A stretch of 63,602 nucleotides of DNA, the filler included. It is 4 parts of 4 records of this genome, joined end to end, with 100 filler letters (N's around TTAATTAATTAA, not from the genome) between each part and the next. Parts side by side here need not be neighbours in the genome. Positions count along the whole stretch, not along the records: positions 57,722 to 63,602 come from SRR20825010_831; 3 more parts are not named here. One strand, given 5' to 3'. Made by a program: the position numbers and the translations under genes. The notes under the pieces are model-generated. The model ran no database searches and was not told the DNA's origin. It was given only the letters and a program-made list of their open reading frames with translations. This document shows positions 60,498-63,602 of the stretch, one piece after another (position 1 is the stretch's first letter; every line of letters begins with the position of its first letter).

Positions 60498-63230
60498 TTA
60501 ATCTATTTTCTCGGTAAGGGGCACTGTGGCATTGCAGATTTCACGTATCAATTGGAACAGATAATTTTCAAAGGTGGCAAGGGTGTCCGAATTTATTCGG
60601 GCATCCTTGTCCTCTGAAAACGGGAATAGTCCCTGGCTCAATTTCTTAAAGGAAATGATTCCTGCCTGAACATCGCTTATACTGTGTTTTTTGGAATACA
60701 GGTAAGCGTAACAAAGCAATTGGAACGCCTTGCTTTTATCATAATCGGTAATCAATGTTACCCAATCCGTAATTTTTACGTTTTTTGCCTCTACCTTGCC
60801 CGTTTTGTAGTCAATAATGCGAACGGTGCCGTCAAATTCATCTACACGATCTAAAGTTCCTTTTAGTTTGATGTGAAAATCAAGCCCGGGAACCGTAATA
60901 AGTTCTTCGTAGCGTTCCTCGAGTGCCAATATATTGATTTCATGGCGTTTGAGCTGTTGTAGCTCATCATCCAAAAAGTTGTTCAGATATTTTAAGATGA
61001 CATTGTACACCAAAAGAAATTTTCCTTTGGAAACATCTACTCCAGAAAGGTTCTTTTCAAAATGATGCAGTACAACCTCTTGCACTTGTGTTTTTAGTTT
61101 CTTGATGCTTACCTCCGTTAATTCCTGATTAATTAGTGGGGTGTAGAGCTGCTCCAAACTATCATGAATGATGGTTCCAAAGGTGTTGGCCGCAATATTT
61201 TCCTCTACTTCTTCCAAATCATTGATTTTTAGAATATTTCTCGTGTAAAAATCAATAGGGTTTCTGATGTAATTGGTCAATGAGGTAGGTGAAAAGCCAT
61301 TTTGGGCAAATGCCTTCAAGTCCTCCATGAACTTGTCATCCTTTTCGATTTGTATCAGTGGTTTCGGATCAATGGAAATTTTTGGGGTTGCAATGGTATG
61401 CGTAATGTGTTTTTTTAGATTTTTATCCGTCAGTAATTGGGTTATCAATCGGCTTTTTTCTCCACCTTCAAGCACATCAGGTTCTGTGTTGTAGGTGATG
61501 TATATATTCTTTGCGCGTTGAATCAATCGGTAAAAGTGATATACATAGATGGCATCCTTTTCTTTGTAGGTGGGAAGACCGTAATCCCGTTTTACATCAA
61601 AAGGGATAAAGGAATTGTTCGATTTTCCGGAAGGGAGGATGCCCTCGTTCACAGAAGTAATGATCACAGTTTCAAAATCGAGGTTTCGGCTCTCCAACAT
61701 CCCCATAATTTGAAATCCCGTTAAGGGCTGGCCGATAAAATCCAAGGTTTCCATGTTGGCCAATTGTTTGAACAGATTTTTGATGGATTTCAGCTCATCC
61801 ATAAACTCCACCTTGTCCAAATATTGTCCTAATTGATTGAAAAGGGCATAGAAGCGATACAGATATTCCAGCTCCAGTGCATTTTTTTCTTGTTGGTAGA
61901 TATTCTTCAAACGATCTATGAGCATTAGACAGTTGTTTATCCAACGCATTGGCGAGAATGCTTCCTCTGGAAAAATGATGGCTAACAACTCCTTTGCCTT
62001 CGGATATTTTTCGAGCGTTTCCGTGTTGATGTAAAGTAGGTTGTTCTCTTTGATGTCCTTGGACAATTGTTGCGCGAAGTTCCCTTGCTTTTCCGAGGAC
62101 AGTGTTAAAGTGTAGGGGTTGGAAATGAATTCCAAGACACGTTTAAAGAACCATCCCCGTTCAGAAACGTTGAGGTGTAGCTCTAAAAAATTTACAAAAA
62201 AGCAATAGAGCACAGTTTTGTTCAATGGCATCCCCATGGTTATGTTGACTTCTGGGATGCTGCTAGGTATTGCATTGAGCATTGGGTTGAGTAAAGTTTC
62301 ATCCGCCAATACCAAGGCCGTTCTGGAGAGGTCAATGGATTCTTTGTCTCCGATTTCCTGTAACAGTTGACCTACATATTTGGTTTGGGAGATACTTTTG
62401 GGAACTCCGGTGATTCTGATGTTCTTATTCTGTAGAAAATTGTTCTGTGGCTCTATTTTATGGCTGTGCTTATAATATGGCCAATTGTATTGGTAATCCC
62501 TGACGAACAAGCCGGCATCGTGAATTGGGTCGTCCAAAAAATAGGAATCGATATCCCAATAAATATGTGAATTGCCTTGTTCCAGATAATACTGGATAAT
62601 GGTCGACTCAGCTGCATTCAAGGCATTAAAACCTACAAATACAATGGGATTTTTGCGAGTTTCTTTATAGTGGGCATTTTGAATCGCCTTAACGGCTTCT
62701 CGTTGAATCAATCCTTGGTAGCCTTTTTTTTGTTCAAGCAGGGCTTCATAAAAATTGTTGTAGATGGTTTCAAGATTCTTCCAGAGCTGTAAATAATTCT
62801 CGACCAGTTCTGTTTTCTCTTTACTGGCAGACCAATGGTTGATTTCTTTGATGGCGGAGAGATAATTCAGAATATCTGTAGCAGGGATAAGGTAACCATC
62901 AATCTCATTAAAATCCTGTAAAAGGGTCTGTCCCCAATTCATGAAGGAGGCAAAGTCATCCGATTCGTCAATTTGAGATTGTTTGTATACCCTAAAAAGA
63001 AGGAGCAACAAATCAATATTTGAAGCTTGGTTTAAGTTGGAGAGGTTTCCGATAAACTCCTGAATAGATAATACTTCCGGGCTGAATGTATTCTTCTCCA
63101 GTCTATTGGAGATGTGTTTTTTTAAGAAGGTTCCCGACCTTTTACTGGGGAGTACATAAATACAATTGGTTATATCCAACTGTTTATTGTGGAGGTCATC
63201 CAGTACATATTCGAGGAAAGTATGATGCAT
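60498..63230 (-). CDS. AddB/RecB-like protein with C-terminal PD-(D/E)XK nuclease domain
   Basis: 'VLPSKRSG', 'QIMGMLESRNLDF', 'FSPTSL..Y..NP', 'KGTLDRVD....RIIDYKTG', 'QL..Y'. Confidence 0.9.
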   Translation of the reverse strand: MHHTFLEYVLDDLHNKQLDITNCIYVLPSKRSGTFLKKHISNRLEKNTFSPEVLSIQEFIGNLSNLNQASNIDLLLLLFRVYKQSQIDESDDFASFMNWGQTLLQDFNEIDGYLIPATDILNYLSAIKEINHWSASKEKTELVENYLQLWKNLETIYNNFYEALLEQKKGYQGLIQREAVKAIQNAHYKETRKNPIVFVGFNALNAAESTIIQYYLEQGNSHIYWDIDSYFLDDPIHDAGLFVRDYQYNWPYYKHSHKIEPQNNFLQNKNIRITGVPKSISQTKYVGQLLQEIGDKESIDLSRTALVLADETLLNPMLNAIPSSIPEVNITMGMPLNKTVLYCFFVNFLELHLNVSERGWFFKRVLEFISNPYTLTLSSEKQGNFAQQLSKDIKENNLLYINTETLEKYPKAKELLAIIFPEEAFSPMRWINNCLMLIDRLKNIYQQEKNALELEYLYRFYALFNQLGQYLDKVEFMDELKSIKNLFKQLANMETLDFIGQPLTGFQIMGMLESRNLDFETVIITSVNEGILPSGKSNNSFIPFDVKRDYGLPTYKEKDAIYVYHFYRLIQRAKNIYITYNTEPDVLEGGEKSRLITQLLTDKNLKKHITHTIATPKISIDPKPLIQIEKDDKFMEDLKAFAQNGFSPTSLTNYIRNPIDFYTRNILKINDLEEVEENIAANTFGTIIHDSLEQLYTPLINQELTEVSIKKLKTQVQEVVLHHFEKNLSGVDVSKGKFLLVYNVILKYLNNFLDDELQQLKRHEINILALEERYEELITVPGLDFHIKLKGTLDRVDEFDGTVRIIDYKTGKVEAKNVKITDWVTLITDYDKSKAFQLLCYAYLYSKKHSISDVQAGIISFKKLSQGLFPFSEDKDARINSDTLATFENYLFQLIREICNATVPLTEKID

Positions 63231-63241
63231 GGATTAAAAAT

Positions 63242-63272
63242 AAAAAAGGCCCCGCATTTGCGGAGCCTTTTT
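63242..63272 (-). terminator. Intrinsic terminator of the OmpA gene
   Basis: Minus strand GGCTCCGCA-AA-TGCGGGGCC followed by T6. Confidence 0.85.
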
Positions 63273-63292
63273 CTAGAAAACTTTGTTTCTAA

Positions 63293-63602
63293 TTATTTTA
63301 CCAAGTTGATTTCAACTCGTCTGTTTTGTGCTCTACCAGCTCTTGTATTGTTAGTAGCGATTGGTTTTTCTTCACCGTAACCAATTGCACTCAATCTAGA
63401 AGAATCGATTCCTTTGTCGATTAAGAAATCTCTAACAGAGTTAGCTCTTTCTTCAGAAAGTTTCTGGTTTAATTTGTCGCTACCTACACTATCAGTGTGA
63501 CCTTCAACTGTAAATTTAGCAGTTGGGTACTCGTTCAAGATTTGGATAATGTCAACCATTACAGAAGTAGATTCTGCTTTGATAGAAGATTTACCAGTAT
63601 CG
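63293..63602 (-). CDS. OmpA-family protein, C-terminal peptidoglycan-binding domain (5' outside window)
   Basis: 'EGHTDSVG....NQKLSEERA.SV', 'GYGEEKP', 'NRRVEI'. Confidence 0.93.
   Translation of the reverse strand, partial: DTGKSSIKAESTSVMVDIIQILNEYPTAKFTVEGHTDSVGSDKLNQKLSEERANSVRDFLIDKGIDSSRLSAIGYGEEKPIATNNTRAGRAQNRRVEINLVK

Noticed and set aside
60498-63230. PD-(D/E)XK nuclease as Cas4 or a defence nuclease
   Set aside because: 910-aa architecture with inactive helicase-like N-region fits the housekeeping AddB-like repair subunit; no defence context.

Overview
The window is not one continuous locus. It is four Bacteroidota contigs joined by three artificial 100-nt spacers (N44-TTAATTAATTAA-N44 at 12599-12698, 27014-27113, 57622-57721), so adjacency across spacers is meaningless. 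Contig 1 (1-12598, Flavobacteriaceae-like) has the alternative complex III / aa3 oxidase operon (actC'-D-E-F-coxB-coxA), a DUF2807 protein, an acyl-CoA oxidase, ruvB, a cytochrome P450 and partial queG. Contig 2 (12699-27013) is a sulfated-fucan-type degradation cluster: a T9SS-secreted beta-helix protein, five Cys-type sulfatases (the last frameshifted), a GH29 fucosidase and a GH28-like enzyme. Contig 3 (27114-57621, Cytophagales-like) is mostly housekeeping: sigma54 two-component system plus ABC permease, tsaB, S41 protease, rnpA, rpmH, frameshifted prfB, grpE-dnaJ, obgE, adk, hpt, hemE. It also has a RelE-type TA pair whose toxin starts at ACG, and a repeat-rich accessory stretch at 39.9-44.5 kb. 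That stretch is the most interesting part. A membrane-spanning TPR-LuxR regulator is followed by three genes: a degenerate GNAT, a degenerate orphan Panacea/SocA-domain protein and a small outer-membrane barrel. Their promoters share a (T/G)GT(T/A)(C/T)ACCT box, 11-bp-phased in two of them, ending 30-31 nt before a Bacteroidota -7 element. Contig 4 (57722-63602, Flavobacteriaceae-like) has the 3' part of tRNA-Ala(GGC), RluA, a PD40 protein, an SDR, an AddB-like PD-(D/E)XK nuclease and partial OmpA. No CRISPR array, rRNA, transposase or integrase was seen. All family calls come from motif recognition, not database searches.
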